64,000 nucleotides of DNA from positions 9,734 to 73,733 of the IMG/VR virus record IMGVR_UViG_3300022848_000014; one strand, given 5' to 3'. A program made the position numbers and the translations under genes. This DNA is from a virus. The notes below the pieces were generated by a model. It worked only from the letters and a program-made list of their open reading frames with translations. It was not told where the DNA came from and searched no databases. Positions 1-10,926 of the stretch are shown piece after piece; the first letter of the stretch is position 1, and the number at the start of each line of letters is the position of its first letter.

Positions 1-1503
1 TTCATCACCCTCAACGGTTCGGACTGCCTCGCCAAGGATGTTCCCCACCACCTGCCATGACAAAGTACCTGAATTATTGTATCGCTCCCAAAGATCCCCG
101 TTACTCTCATTCAAGGCTACGGTTCCTAAAGGTTGCGCCAATGATCCTGGGTCCCCTGTAATCACGATGAAACTAGCCCCATCTTCACCTTGCAATGATG
201 CTGCCAGTTCAGAGCTCAACTGAAGGTTGTAATTTGTAGTTGTTCCGGCTATAATTGAAGTGATGGATATTGAACCATCGGGACTTACAAACGTGGCATC
301 TAATCCACTTCCACCCAACACTGCTGTTACAGGTGTAACCTTTCTTGATAGCCCATCAGGGTTCTCATCACATCCACAATCACACCCCGTCTCGCCAAAA
401 ATATTTTTGATTTGTGTAAGTAGAGTCCGATAGCCAGTTTGCCCACAGTAACGAATGAGCCTAGCCAATTGGATTTTGCTTGATATTTGCAGTAATTGCT
501 TACCCAATGATGCGGCCTTTGACTGGTCTGTGCATAGTGCATCTTCGTACCTTTTTATTAGACTCTCATAGCAACCAGTAATGCAACATAGACTCTCGGA
601 ACAATCTACAAGATGTGCTTTTGATGCAATCAATGTGCTCTCGACATAAGTATTCCTCTTTGCATCTAAAATAAATTGCATCGACCTCTCAACAACAAAA
701 CTGTATGTCCCAGTGTAAAGCTCTGACAGTTTCTTTGATTGTGAAGAAAAAACCACATCAGAAGGTGGATTCACGGCATTCTCAGGATACTTTATGGTTG
801 CTATTCTAGTGTCCGTTCCAATGTCATACGCAAAGAGAGTGTTGTCAGTAAATTCAATGGTTCCATAATCACAATCAGAAACCGCTTCAATACTTAATTC
901 AGGATAAGAGAAAATGTAGCTGAATGACTTTAGGGTCTGCTCATAGCTTATAGTCCCCAAAGTAGCAGCCTCATCAGTAGGAACCGAAACGTCAGGCAAA
1001 GTAGAACCCAAGTTGATCGTAGGGAACCCACTAGAATCATAAGTAACAGATACTATCGTGTAAGTTCCAGCATTTGGTGCCGCCCCACCTCCCAAGACAG
1101 CATTTATACTCACATCTATGGACTCATCGATAAGTAATACTTGACTAATCTTGATGGCAGTTGCGCTAATAAAGCTGAAATTATATGAACCAGAATTCTT
1201 GGTCCTGGTGTTCATTTCATAATTGTAAACACCTTGGACAGGAGCGTCAGTAGCAATATCTTCATTCAGTGACCCCAGGGTAAACACCCTGCTTACATCA
1301 TAGTCGATGTCTGGTGATTCATAGTCAGTGTTTAGGTGAATCACTTCTCCCGTTGGATCGGTGACTTTAAAAACACTATCTACTTCAGTTTCATCCAGGC
1401 CCAAAGAAGTTAGGTTGGTTATATCTTCAAGTTTTAAAGATGAGATGTTATTCTCTGCATCTGAGGCATCAATAACAAAAGTTTGCTTAGTCTGGAAGCT
1501 CAT
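1..1503 (-). CDS. Virion structural protein (tail hub/fibre-like), 3'-truncated by window edge, >500 aa
   Basis: Not in the ORF track because it has no stop in the window. ATG at 1503 (MSFQTKQTFVIDAS...); the N-terminus and the last 600 nt were translated by hand in the same frame without stops. Cys-rich segment LCCITGC...GCDCGC, then a fibre-like GEDGASF..GDP..GDLW..W..GNI motif; lies downstream of the capsid genes. Confidence 0.7.
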   Translation of the reverse strand, partial: MSFQTKQTFVIDASDAENNISSLKLEDITNLTSLGLDETEVDSVFKVTDPTGEVIHLNTDYESPDIDYDVSRVFTLGSLNEDIATDAPVQGVYNYEMNTRTKNSGSYNFSFISATAIKISQVLLIDESIDVSINAVLGGGAAPNAGTYTIVSVTYDSSGFPTINLGSTLPDVSVPTDEAATLGTISYEQTLKSFSYIFSYPELSIEAVSDCDYGTIEFTDNTLFAYDIGTDTRIATIKYPENAVNPPSDVVFSSQSKKLSELYTGTYSFVVERSMQFILDAKRNTYVESTLIASKAHLVDCSESLCCITGCYESLIKRYEDALCTDQSKAASLGKQLLQISSKIQLARLIRYCGQTGYRTLLTQIKNIFGETGCDCGCDENPDGLSRKVTPVTAVLGGSGLDATFVSPDGSISITSIIAGTTTNYNLQLSSELAASLQGEDGASFIVITGDPGSLAQPLGTVALNESNGDLWERYNNSGTLSWQVVGNILGEAVRTVEGDE

Positions 1504-1530
1504 GTCTTATAGATTTATGGGTGCAAAATA

Positions 1531-1565
1531 ACGAAAGCCCTGATTCGTAGAACCAGGGCTTTCGT
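1531..1565 (-). terminator. Intrinsic terminator-like hairpin
   Basis: ACGAAAGCCCTG...CAGGGCTTTCGT 12-bp stem just after the 1587..2561 stop; T-rich tail on the minus strand. Confidence 0.65.
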
Positions 1566-1586
1566 ATTTGAATAAACAACGACTTC

Positions 1587-2561
1587 TTAATTGTCGGAGT
1601 CACCAGCATCTTCAGGTGCGCTATCTATACTCTTCACGGCTGTTTGAAGAGCTTTCAAGCTCCTTGGGTTATTTTCCAAATGCCTTATAAGCACCTCTTC
1701 TTTTTGATTTGCTTGGTTTCCGCTAAGTTTCAGAAGCACTCCTGCGGATTTACTACCTTTTTCATCAAAGAATGTCCAACACTTATTGTTGTTCACATAT
1801 TTCAAGATGTTTGAGTCAATGGCGATTGAAAGAGATTGCTTGATCTCATCTTTAACATCGGGCTTACTTAAGCCTTCGTACTTCGCCTTGAACTCTGTGT
1901 AGTTCCTATCAATACTCTGATGAATAGCTGGGTTCTCAAGGATACTAAAGAGCTTGCTTCGGATGATGTTGATGTCATCTTTCTGGCTATTCACCACTCT
2001 GTACATGGCGGCAATGTCACGGAGATCAGATTCAGAACCTACCTCAAGGATGAAATTGTCAACACTTGTTCGAAGTGAACGTTTGCTCATTTTTTCCTCG
2101 GCTACTTTTTCTGCAATCTCAATTTTTAGCCATGGCCTGTAATTGCCATCTTTTTCTGCTGCAGATATACCAGCAATCGAGTTGCTGATCATTGGGCAGT
2201 AGAGGCCAAAGAACAATTGTCTCTCTAGGTCTTCAACATGCCATTTGTCCCTGAAGTAAACAGACTTTGGCTCAAAGTCATCTCTCTTTGTTGCTGGATT
2301 GAAGTAACTGCTTTCATAATATCGAAACACATCGCTGGTTCCGTTAGTGTTTTGAACAGTCTGCAAAAGTGCGAGTGGAAGGCCAGGTGGTGATGCCTTG
2401 CTTTTCTCCACATCTTTTGATGCTCTTAATTCTTGTGGATCAGTATACATCCTATCTGGATGCCAAACCAATACTAAATGACCATTCTTATCGAGAAGCT
2501 TGGCCAGCTTGTCTTTATCTGCCTTGGTAGGTTCGTAAAGAACTCCATTTTTCGTTATCAT
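1587..2561 (-). CDS. Capsid-associated protein (positional equivalent of the crAss-like gene downstream of MCP)
   Basis: 324 aa ORF immediately downstream of MCP; assignment by synteny. Confidence 0.5.
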   Translation of the reverse strand: MITKNGVLYEPTKADKDKLAKLLDKNGHLVLVWHPDRMYTDPQELRASKDVEKSKASPPGLPLALLQTVQNTNGTSDVFRYYESSYFNPATKRDDFEPKSVYFRDKWHVEDLERQLFFGLYCPMISNSIAGISAAEKDGNYRPWLKIEIAEKVAEEKMSKRSLRTSVDNFILEVGSESDLRDIAAMYRVVNSQKDDINIIRSKLFSILENPAIHQSIDRNYTEFKAKYEGLSKPDVKDEIKQSLSIAIDSNILKYVNNNKCWTFFDEKGSKSAGVLLKLSGNQANQKEEVLIRHLENNPRSLKALQTAVKSIDSAPEDAGDSDN

Positions 2562-2582
2562 AATCTATAATTGGGGTTTAAA

Positions 2583-2610
2583 ATAGGGGAAGACAAATGC
2601 CTTCCCCTAT
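2583..2610 (-). terminator. Intrinsic terminator-like hairpin after MCP
   Basis: ATAGGGGAAG...CTTCCCCTAT 10-bp stem followed by T's on the minus strand. Confidence 0.7.
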
Positions 2611-2625
2611 GATGATTTAATTAGA

Positions 2626-3996
2626 CTAGCTTACTGTAACCAGGGCCCACTTTTCACCGTTTGCATTTTGCGAACCAATGTGTGTTCTCTGGAAAGTGTT
2701 TCTGTCATCAAACTGATTTACTTTCAGTCCCATTCCAGCACCACCTACTGACCATACCTCGGCTCGACGGTCATAAGCACCCAATTTCTTGTAGCGCATA
2801 CCCATTTCTTCGAGGTACTTACCATTTTCTGGATCAACAAACTTGTTGAGTGAGTGGAACAAGCTCCAATCAGTCATTTGAAAGTTAGTCGCTCCAAAAG
2901 TGGTTGGATTCGCGAAGTTTGAATTTCGCTTCAACATGTAGGTACGCCCACTCTTTGTGAAGTACTTAAAGTTGATCACGGAATCCTTAGCAGGACGACC
3001 ACCATACAAGTCTGCTTGCGCTGTATCAATAGCGTAGCTGATGTTGGTATCGTTGTGGTAAGTCTTCAACGAATTCTCGATGTTCTGGTATCGAGTTGGC
3101 CCTGACTGAACGCAAATGTAGTTTCCTACATGATTGGCCTCAAGGGTCAAATCAATTACATCGAAATCAGGAACATCAAAAGCACCAGAAGCTTTCGGTA
3201 ATGGATTCGCACGTCTTCGGGCATATTGGTAAGCACCTTCAGTAGTAAGAATCTTACGCTTCGTGTCAGGATCAATCATGGTTGAGTTGACCGTTCGCTT
3301 TTGGAAGGTGAGGGCACCATCCATTTTCAGCATTGTACGGTAATCCAACTGAGCCTGTCCTTCCCAGTAGTAAGAATTGAACTCTTTCCCTGCGAGTTTC
3401 AACCAAGTTTGGTTGGTCATCTCAGTACCAGTAACACCGATTGTTTCTTTGATAATTTGCATATCATTGTTACGCTCGACAGTACCAGTAACAACTCCTT
3501 CAGGTTGTCCAGAACCTTCAGAGAACGCACCAGAGATGATGATAATCTCATCACCCGTAGCAACAAGACCAAAGTTATCTGTTTGATCGTTCAACTTGAT
3601 GGTAATAGATGGACTTGCAGGAGTCGTGGTGTCAATATCCCAGATTACACCCGTTACCTCATTCTTCAACATGACAGTATCGAATCGACGTGGGTAAAAT
3701 CTGTTCTCATCATCCATGCTTTCTGTAGCAAGGACGAGCACTAAGTCATTCCCATCACCTGGGGCTGCGACTTCTGTTTCAACTTTGAAGGTGCCATGGT
3801 AACGCTTAAGCTCAAAGTGGCTAAAGGTTTCCTGTGCGACTTCTTTTTCAAACATCAATTCCTTCAGCATCATAAAGTGACTCTTTCCTTGGTCGCCGTA
3901 TGGTCGGAATAATGATTGCAATTTCTCTGGTTTGTGTAGGTCGAAACCTGACACTATCTCAGATGCGAATATTGCGGCAATTGAACTTACTTCCAT
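2626..3996 (-). CDS. Major capsid protein, crAss-like
   Basis: 456 aa; order portal-scaffold-MCP; HK97-like motifs (FSEGSGQP, N.MQIIKE, TTEG); followed by a terminator. Confidence 0.8.
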   Translation of the reverse strand: MEVSSIAAIFASEIVSGFDLHKPEKLQSLFRPYGDQGKSHFMMLKELMFEKEVAQETFSHFELKRYHGTFKVETEVAAPGDGNDLVLVLATESMDDENRFYPRRFDTVMLKNEVTGVIWDIDTTTPASPSITIKLNDQTDNFGLVATGDEIIIISGAFSEGSGQPEGVVTGTVERNNDMQIIKETIGVTGTEMTNQTWLKLAGKEFNSYYWEGQAQLDYRTMLKMDGALTFQKRTVNSTMIDPDTKRKILTTEGAYQYARRRANPLPKASGAFDVPDFDVIDLTLEANHVGNYICVQSGPTRYQNIENSLKTYHNDTNISYAIDTAQADLYGGRPAKDSVINFKYFTKSGRTYMLKRNSNFANPTTFGATNFQMTDWSLFHSLNKFVDPENGKYLEEMGMRYKKLGAYDRRAEVWSVGGAGMGLKVNQFDDRNTFQRTHIGSQNANGEKWALVTVS

Positions 3997-4027
3997 TTTG
4001 TTTTGAAATTATGGGGTTAAACTATTA

Positions 4028-5179
4028 TCAACCTTGACGTTTACCCATAGCCCACTCAAATGCAATATCAGAATCGGTCTTAAGACTTCCTGAAGTATTT
4101 CTAGGATCACCATCTTTTGGATCGATTGCGGAAGGATTTGTGTATTGTTTTCTAAATTCTTCATCAGTCAACCCTCGTACATTTGTTGCATGGCTTGCCA
4201 TAATTTCCTTAATGTTGGAGGCTACAGCCATAGCATATACGTTATTGATGTTCTGTTGATACGCCTTTTGGTCATAAGGGTCTTTCAACCCGGCCTGATT
4301 TCTGACTATAGACTCTTTCATTGAAGTAACAGTCTTTTCATCAAACTTAAATTCGTATGGTATCCCTTCCGCAGGTGCATAAACGAATTTACTCAAGCCG
4401 TCGGTCATTTTATCAACTACTCCGCGTAGTTTATCCGATGTTTCGGAAAATAACTGCTGACGATCCTTTTGCTGCTTCTCGTAATCCACAGCTTCGGGCT
4501 TTTTGATTTTGCTTTGGTACTCAGTGATTTTCTTTAACGCCTGATTAGCATCAACCTTCATGTCCATGGCAATGTCTTCATTGTCATTGGCTTCAAATTC
4601 TTCCGCAGATTCAAAGCCATACTTCTTGAGGATTCGCCTCTTGAAGTAGTCGGGGTTATCAGCATATTCAGGGTTATCAATAATTTCCTGAGTAATTAAT
4701 GCGTCAAGTGGATTGGCAGCAGCAGTCTCTTTTGATATTCCTTTGATTCTTTGGAATATAGGATAACTAATGATGCCAGTTTCTTTTGCAAACGAATTGA
4801 ACTCAGCTATACTATCGTCTGCCCAATCAATGCTTGCTGAAGCTTTCGCTTCTAATATTTTTTTCTCTTCCTGATAGGAAGTTTCTCTCTCTTTTGATGA
4901 GGTGTAAAGTTTGTGAATGTCGTCTACATTCTTTGCTTCTTCACCAAACTTCTCAGTAAACATCTTGCCCAATCGCTCCTGAAAACGAGTGTCAAAAGCA
5001 ACATCTTCTGGCGTTGGTGGAGCAGGTGGAGCAGGATCATTACCTGGTGGCACTAATGGTGCTGGTGGCACTGGTGGTGTTGGTGGTGCTGGTGGTGCTG
5101 GATCATCTCCTTTAGTGGGATCGTTTGCTATACCATCATCAATCATAAATTGTAAGTGTGCTGGAACTTCTACTGCCAT
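4028..5179 (-). CDS. Scaffold-like head assembly protein
   Basis: 383 aa, acidic and helical, Pro-rich N-terminal repeats (DPAPPAPPTP x2), between portal and MCP. Confidence 0.6.
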   Translation of the reverse strand: MAVEVPAHLQFMIDDGIANDPTKGDDPAPPAPPTPPVPPAPLVPPGNDPAPPAPPTPEDVAFDTRFQERLGKMFTEKFGEEAKNVDDIHKLYTSSKERETSYQEEKKILEAKASASIDWADDSIAEFNSFAKETGIISYPIFQRIKGISKETAAANPLDALITQEIIDNPEYADNPDYFKRRILKKYGFESAEEFEANDNEDIAMDMKVDANQALKKITEYQSKIKKPEAVDYEKQQKDRQQLFSETSDKLRGVVDKMTDGLSKFVYAPAEGIPYEFKFDEKTVTSMKESIVRNQAGLKDPYDQKAYQQNINNVYAMAVASNIKEIMASHATNVRGLTDEEFRKQYTNPSAIDPKDGDPRNTSGSLKTDSDIAFEWAMGKRQG

Positions 5180-5196
5180 TGTTTATTTATTTGTTA

Positions 5197-5204
5197 CAAA
5201 CATA
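5197..5204 (-). promoter_or_regulatory. Bacteroidota -7 promoter element TATGTTTG
   Basis: Matches TAnnTTTG, 18 nt upstream of the scaffold ATG; same GTATGTTTGTA context as 11869-11876. Confidence 0.55.
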
Positions 5205-5210
5205 CAAATA

Positions 5211-7517
5211 TTATACAACTGCGTTGATGCTTTTATTATTGTCTTGAGTCGCCTTCATTCCAGCCACGATTTTGGCCTTCTCGATTTCTTTGTCTGCTAG
5301 TTGCAATTTTAGCTTACTCTCAGCCGCAAGCTTCATTTCGAGTCTAGCGGTTTCTCCCTCTTGTGTGGCCTGTTCTTTTTTAGCTTCTTCTTGCTTAAGC
5401 TGAATGGCGCTTTGCTGTGCGCTTTCCTGCATAGCCTCACGTCTCTTGTTGCCAGCCTCTTCCCTCTCACGGATAATCATGTCAAGACGCTTCTGGGTTT
5501 CCTTAAGGTTTCCCCCTTCTACCATTTGCTCAACAAGGATGTAGTCTGCATGGCTTATTCCTGGTTGGCCATCACTCCCAGCATTCATTGCTGCCAAGGC
5601 CGATGCTAAGATGCGCTCTTTTATACGTGTGTCTGGTCTGAGTTTTAGTGCAATCGATATATCCCTGAAGCTTTTTCCCCCAGGAAGGTAGAGTCCTTGA
5701 ATAAATGTTTTGCCAATAGCACTTGAGTAATACTCCCTTGCTTTAGGGCTCCAATGTATTGATTCTCGGATTTTAGTAATGCCGACTTCAGTAAACCTTA
5801 GCTTGAGATGGTGATACTTTGTGATGATGGGCTTTAAGTTATTGTTTGTGTTCCCATACATTATTTCACTCAACGCGGAAGATTGTCTTTCGGGGACTCC
5901 TGCTCCACCTGAAGCTTCTGGCGTGATCCCTGATGTTTCTTGGATGAAAGCTCTGTTCAACTCAAATGCAGATATGAACTCTTGCATCTGTGTTCCCATT
6001 CCACCAGGTAGTTCATAGACTGGCTTTGATGCTCCGGGTATTGGTGTTCCGTTTTTGGTGGTTGCCCGATACAAAACATGTCCTTCATTGAGGGTCATTC
6101 GGAGAATATCCGTTCCCTTCATTTTCTTATCCTTAATGCCCATACTCGATACTGATTCGAAGTTCACGGCTAGTCCAGGTGGTCTTGCTTTTGTAAGGGC
6201 ATTTTGATACTTCACCCACGCTACCTGCATGTTTCTAAGATTTGGAATACAACGTTTAGTGATCGATGGTCCACGGAGTTTCACAATCTGAAGGGGAATC
6301 ATTGGGACACCATCTTTGTATGAAACATCATACTCTTGCCCATAATTAAAGACATGATCGGTTCCAATAACCCAGGACTGGGTGTAGAGAACTGGACTAT
6401 CATATCGATATGCCCCCTTGCGATCATCTGCCCAATATGTTGCTTCATTACTCTTGACCCTTCCACTCTTGGTCACAACCTTTCTGCGGTACTCCGATTT
6501 ACTTCCAAGAAACCAGCCTTTTAAAACATCTACTCGAAAGCTATCATAACCCCAGTTTTGGCGTGTCTCATCGTAATTCGCATAAGCATCAAACCCCCCT
6601 TGAGCACTAAAGATTTCCTTATTGATTCCAAAGTAAGTTAGGGCTAAAGATTTTAGTTGCTCTTCACTAAATTCACCACTCTTACGAAGGTCTTCAATTG
6701 TCATAGATGAGAAATAACCCCCGTACTTTTGGTTGTCAAACTCATCATCTCGGTCATACTTGGCAATACAGAATTCAGGCTGTCTGTACTTAAATGTAGT
6801 CTTTTGCGTGTGGCGGTCGGTGACGGTTTCCGCTGCCATGTAGCCCACATCAACAGCATCTTCAATGAACTTTTCTTTTAGTTCGTATAGCTTACTGTCA
6901 TTTTCAAGAACTTGGGAAAGTTTCTCGATGCCAATTTCTGCAGTAACACGAATACCCCCTAGTGACTCATAAAGGTTTAGGTCATTGAGGTCTTTCGGTT
7001 TCCAACTATTGTCTTCAGGGATTTTTGCTTCGGTGGCCTGGTCCACTTTATTTATGATGCCTTCCAAAATAGTGTCAGCATACATTTGCCATTTTTTCTT
7101 CTCCTTCTCGTCAGTGCTATACTTATCTACAGCCTCGGCAAATGTTTGGAAATCGATGTCCTCAAACATACCTAGAATTGTTTGCTTGAACTTAACCATG
7201 ATCGGCAAGATAGAGGGATCGATGTTACTCATTCCCTTCCTGTTCTTCTCCATTTCTTCATCCGATCCTTTCTTCCCATAGTTTGGGAAAACAAGACTCA
7301 TAGCATCTGACTCTGGCTGCGTCCCGTTCCCAAACCTGCGGAGCATAGCAAATTCTTCCCTTCGGCTATATGGCACTGAAGTCCTGTCATTACAGTACTC
7401 AGCCATGATTGCCTTGGCTATTTGCATGTGCCATTTACTGTCTTTTTTCTCTTCGGGAATGAACTCATTTGGAAATTGACTGATTCCAGAGTAGCTTGAT
7501 TCGTTTAAATATGCCAT
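5211..7517 (-). CDS. Portal protein, crAss-like
   Basis: 768 aa directly downstream of TerL; IQETSGITPEASGG portal-like motif; C-terminal coiled coil. Confidence 0.8.
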   Translation of the reverse strand: MAYLNESSYSGISQFPNEFIPEEKKDSKWHMQIAKAIMAEYCNDRTSVPYSRREEFAMLRRFGNGTQPESDAMSLVFPNYGKKGSDEEMEKNRKGMSNIDPSILPIMVKFKQTILGMFEDIDFQTFAEAVDKYSTDEKEKKKWQMYADTILEGIINKVDQATEAKIPEDNSWKPKDLNDLNLYESLGGIRVTAEIGIEKLSQVLENDSKLYELKEKFIEDAVDVGYMAAETVTDRHTQKTTFKYRQPEFCIAKYDRDDEFDNQKYGGYFSSMTIEDLRKSGEFSEEQLKSLALTYFGINKEIFSAQGGFDAYANYDETRQNWGYDSFRVDVLKGWFLGSKSEYRRKVVTKSGRVKSNEATYWADDRKGAYRYDSPVLYTQSWVIGTDHVFNYGQEYDVSYKDGVPMIPLQIVKLRGPSITKRCIPNLRNMQVAWVKYQNALTKARPPGLAVNFESVSSMGIKDKKMKGTDILRMTLNEGHVLYRATTKNGTPIPGASKPVYELPGGMGTQMQEFISAFELNRAFIQETSGITPEASGGAGVPERQSSALSEIMYGNTNNNLKPIITKYHHLKLRFTEVGITKIRESIHWSPKAREYYSSAIGKTFIQGLYLPGGKSFRDISIALKLRPDTRIKERILASALAAMNAGSDGQPGISHADYILVEQMVEGGNLKETQKRLDMIIREREEAGNKRREAMQESAQQSAIQLKQEEAKKEQATQEGETARLEMKLAAESKLKLQLADKEIEKAKIVAGMKATQDNNKSINAVV

Positions 7518-7519
7518 AG

Positions 7520-9973
7520 TTAAAATGCAGTTTCGTACCAGTCGCTAATATCGATATAATCATCGTCTACTAAATTAGTGGTACCAATATTGTTATTAAG
7601 AGAGTGCGGTGGGTTCATGTTATTTGAGGTTATCAAACACCCGCCACCAGCAGTAAATTGATCATAATCAGTCATCTCTTCTATCCCATCAATTTCTGAG
7701 CACTCAGAAAGTTGTCGTATATGGTTGTCCCGTCTCCCGTGCTTTTCAATGTAATCCCTCCATGAGTTTACTATGTCGTTTTTACTCCCAGTCTGAGAGT
7801 TAAAACCTGGCGTAATCTTTTTCTTACCCGTAGCTTCATTGGTGAAATAATAAAGGAAATGATGGTTGTTTGTTCGCTCTAGGAACTTCCATATATCTGG
7901 AACGTTTATCTCTGGGCTTATTTGACAACCATAGTACATGCATGCCCATAGTAACTGCTTGTTCCCGTCATCAGATATTTTAGGGCGATCAATGTAATCA
8001 GCCACAAACCTATGACTCTGCCACTCAGTTATTGGTACAGTCGAATCATCGATGAGGTGATTTCTATTCATAAAAATAGAACCAGCCATGTCGCTCATTC
8101 GCTTATGCTCAGTCTTATTGAATTTAAAAGGATCTCCTGAAGCTATGAATGCTTTCCCGTTGTCAGGCATCATATTCCCATCGCCATCTCTGACCCATTT
8201 GTTTGAGTATTCAACCGGTAGGATAAGGCTATTATGCCACTTAGGATTTCTTTTGTCCTCTACCCAGTAAACCATCTGGTCTTGCTCTTCAAAGTCAAAG
8301 TACCCCTTTTGAGTAGCTGTCTTTTCGAACTCAAGCTGATTGACCCTATCATTTAGGATCGCAATATTGAATCCAATGTCTGAGGTGTTCTTTCGGAAAC
8401 AGTCACGGTATCGCGTTGGGTGCAATCGTAGGTGCTCATTTAGATCACTCATGGCCTTAGGATCATCGGAAGTTCGCAACTGCTGCTCTTTTATCTTGAG
8501 GTGCATCTTGGCACCATAGTCTTTTCCAATAAATTCTTCTTGCTGGGGTGTCGGCTTGCTAATGACACTCTCACCATAGTAGCCGATAAAACCTTGGAGT
8601 CCATCGTAGGCTGGCATGAATATATCGACGAGCATTGTTGTTGTCATCCCCAGTGCATTTCTCTCATCGTACTTAGATGCTTCACATAGCTTGTAGTAGT
8701 TTGCCCCACCTTTTTTTGTCATCTCACCTACTGTAGATGTTTTGATTGTGAACCCGACCATCTCTGCACCATCTCCCATACTCAAGCAGTTTTTGGTGTT
8801 GTCGTGGCCAGCATATACATCTCTCAGGACTGTTTTCCCACATTCATCTTCATGGAATACGAGTAGCTTTGATTGATCAAAATACATCTCAGAGGCCGTC
8901 GATGCAAAATCGATTTTTGATCCAAGACCCTTTTTGGACATGGCGTGTGCCCCACCTTTCTTTACTGTCTGGGCTTTCGGTTTAAGGGACAATTCATTCT
9001 TGGCATCATCGGAACCTTCGTACTCTGGCTTCATCCACCAAGGAAGTTCACGGAATGGCATCATAGTCATATCCCTAAAAGCTCTCCTAGCATGAACCTC
9101 ATCCATTGATAGAATTCCAGAGTATGCGTTTAATGTCAGGATTGTCTTTAAAAGCATGTACCAATCTGCCCTAAATGTGGCTCCTTCCCTCCTGTGTTTC
9201 GGATAATTCATTCCGATCACGGTCCTGGTCTTCATGTCAATTACCCAAAAACCTTCGACCGCCTCATAAGCAGAGAGGGTGTAGCCATACTCTACCGACT
9301 CGTTCTGTAAATAAACCTCATACTCATCAGCCTGTTGCTGCGTACCAAAATATTTTGTCTTTAACTTTTTGCCCTCAAACCACGTAGCCTTAAAATGAAA
9401 TGGGGCTTCTGTTGTTTTCTCAAAGTGCATGAGGGCAATCCACCAGCGCCTATCTCTATCTCGATAGTGGGGAGAACCAATATCCATTTTGCCAAAATTC
9501 ATGTGGGCAAAATGAAACCCTTCTATAAAGGTGGGTTTGCCGTTAATGAAGCACCAGTATCCAAAGAGGGTATAGTACCACATTTTTCGCATCCAGTTGA
9601 GCTCTTCTTTGTACTCGACTTGATTCTTGGTAAGAAACAACCAAAGGTCTTTAAGTGTCGCGCTGTCTTCCTCTTTTTTTCCCTTTTCATCTAGTTTGTC
9701 CCGCATGAATTCGTCATACAAACTATCAAGTTTATGGGGCATCTTCTGCTTCTGGAACTTCTGCTTTGCCGCAGGTAATCCATAGCCATCAATGAGCCTC
9801 CAATCTGGGGAAGTAGGCGTGTAAATTCGAATAGTCCCAAGGTCTTTGTCGTCTTCGTGGTACTCCACAAAATCCTCTTCCCTCTTGTAATCCTTTAAGA
9901 TAGACCAATCGAGAGTGCCGTATTTCTCCTTCTTGTAAGCTTCAAAATTAATCGGTAAATCCAGATAACCCAT
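7520..9973 (-). CDS. terL: Terminase large subunit
   Basis: Walker A-like PKHRREGAT, Walker B FHEDECGK, RNase H-like nuclease motif ASGDPF and C-terminal YDQ; 817 aa upstream of portal. Confidence 0.85.
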   Translation of the reverse strand: MGYLDLPINFEAYKKEKYGTLDWSILKDYKREEDFVEYHEDDKDLGTIRIYTPTSPDWRLIDGYGLPAAKQKFQKQKMPHKLDSLYDEFMRDKLDEKGKKEEDSATLKDLWLFLTKNQVEYKEELNWMRKMWYYTLFGYWCFINGKPTFIEGFHFAHMNFGKMDIGSPHYRDRDRRWWIALMHFEKTTEAPFHFKATWFEGKKLKTKYFGTQQQADEYEVYLQNESVEYGYTLSAYEAVEGFWVIDMKTRTVIGMNYPKHRREGATFRADWYMLLKTILTLNAYSGILSMDEVHARRAFRDMTMMPFRELPWWMKPEYEGSDDAKNELSLKPKAQTVKKGGAHAMSKKGLGSKIDFASTASEMYFDQSKLLVFHEDECGKTVLRDVYAGHDNTKNCLSMGDGAEMVGFTIKTSTVGEMTKKGGANYYKLCEASKYDERNALGMTTTMLVDIFMPAYDGLQGFIGYYGESVISKPTPQQEEFIGKDYGAKMHLKIKEQQLRTSDDPKAMSDLNEHLRLHPTRYRDCFRKNTSDIGFNIAILNDRVNQLEFEKTATQKGYFDFEEQDQMVYWVEDKRNPKWHNSLILPVEYSNKWVRDGDGNMMPDNGKAFIASGDPFKFNKTEHKRMSDMAGSIFMNRNHLIDDSTVPITEWQSHRFVADYIDRPKISDDGNKQLLWACMYYGCQISPEINVPDIWKFLERTNNHHFLYYFTNEATGKKKITPGFNSQTGSKNDIVNSWRDYIEKHGRRDNHIRQLSECSEIDGIEEMTDYDQFTAGGGCLITSNNMNPPHSLNNNIGTTNLVDDDYIDISDWYETAF

Positions 9974-10706
9974 ACTTAACGTTTAACTTCTCTTGGTGTT
10001 TTGATACCATCTCCGTGGATCGGTCTTGGCGCTCATCTCTTTTCCTCTTGTATGGTGAGGTCCCTGGTAACGGATCTTCCTTATTCTTGAATGAGGCCGC
10101 TATGTCCTCTGGCCTAAGCCCCAGCTTTTCAAGCTCCACATAGTCAAGGAAACGACCCTTCATCCGATTCATATTGTCCTCAGCCATTAAGTCAGTCGTC
10201 ACAGACTCAATCTCAGCTTGGGTACGCTTAATAGTATCGAAGGATGTAGCCGCCCCCTGACTTAGTTTCTCCTGTGCAATGTAATAACCTTCCTGAAGAC
10301 TCACTAAATAACTGTACTTGGAACCCCTGTGAAGTCTCACGTATCTGAAGATCATCTTCAAAACCGCTTCATTGTTGTTCATTAAAACATCATTTACCGT
10401 ATCCGAATAGTCACCCTCTTCATTTGGATCAACACCTGCCAGATGCATAGCATTGTACTTACGCAACTGAATATTCTCAATGTTTAATCTCAAGGGACTA
10501 TTGTAGTCATACATGTAAACAATGTACTTGATCAACACTGACTTCTTAATGTTCGGAATCTTAACGATAAACTCATCGAATTCCATGAAAATGGGAAACC
10601 TTACGAGTGGATTCTGTTTAGCCGTTAGCCTATGAATATTTACCGATAAACGATCAAACTGATCATCAGCGAAATTGTAAAGCTTATAATTTATCATACG
10701 GGTCAA
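9948..10706 (-). CDS. Hypothetical protein, possible terminase small subunit
   Basis: 252 aa overlapping the TerL start; positional only. Confidence 0.4.
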   Translation of the reverse strand: MTRMINYKLYNFADDQFDRLSVNIHRLTAKQNPLVRFPIFMEFDEFIVKIPNIKKSVLIKYIVYMYDYNSPLRLNIENIQLRKYNAMHLAGVDPNEEGDYSDTVNDVLMNNNEAVLKMIFRYVRLHRGSKYSYLVSLQEGYYIAQEKLSQGAATSFDTIKRTQAEIESVTTDLMAEDNMNRMKGRFLDYVELEKLGLRPEDIAASFKNKEDPLPGTSPYKRKRDERQDRSTEMVSKHQEKLNVKYGLSGFTD

Positions 10707-10926
10707 ATTTAATTATTACTTGGACTCTCTGGTTGTCTTTGCCCCGATTATAATCCCTGCGCTCAATAGTGTATGTGACACCAAGGAACCGTGCACGAGA
10801 ATCTACTTGAGACTCTAATACAGCAAATGTAGCAACACTCATCTTTGTCGTGACTATCGAAACAGAGTCACCAGGATTCGGATCATCTGGGCTCAAACTG
10901 TCCTTGTAATTATAGTGCCAGCTCAT
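10684..10926 (-). CDS. Hypothetical protein
   Basis: 80 aa, overlaps both neighbours in the operon. Confidence 0.55.
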   Translation of the reverse strand: MSWHYNYKDSLSPDDPNPGDSVSIVTTKMSVATFAVLESQVDSRARFLGVTYTIERRDYNRGKDNQRVQVIIKFDPYDKL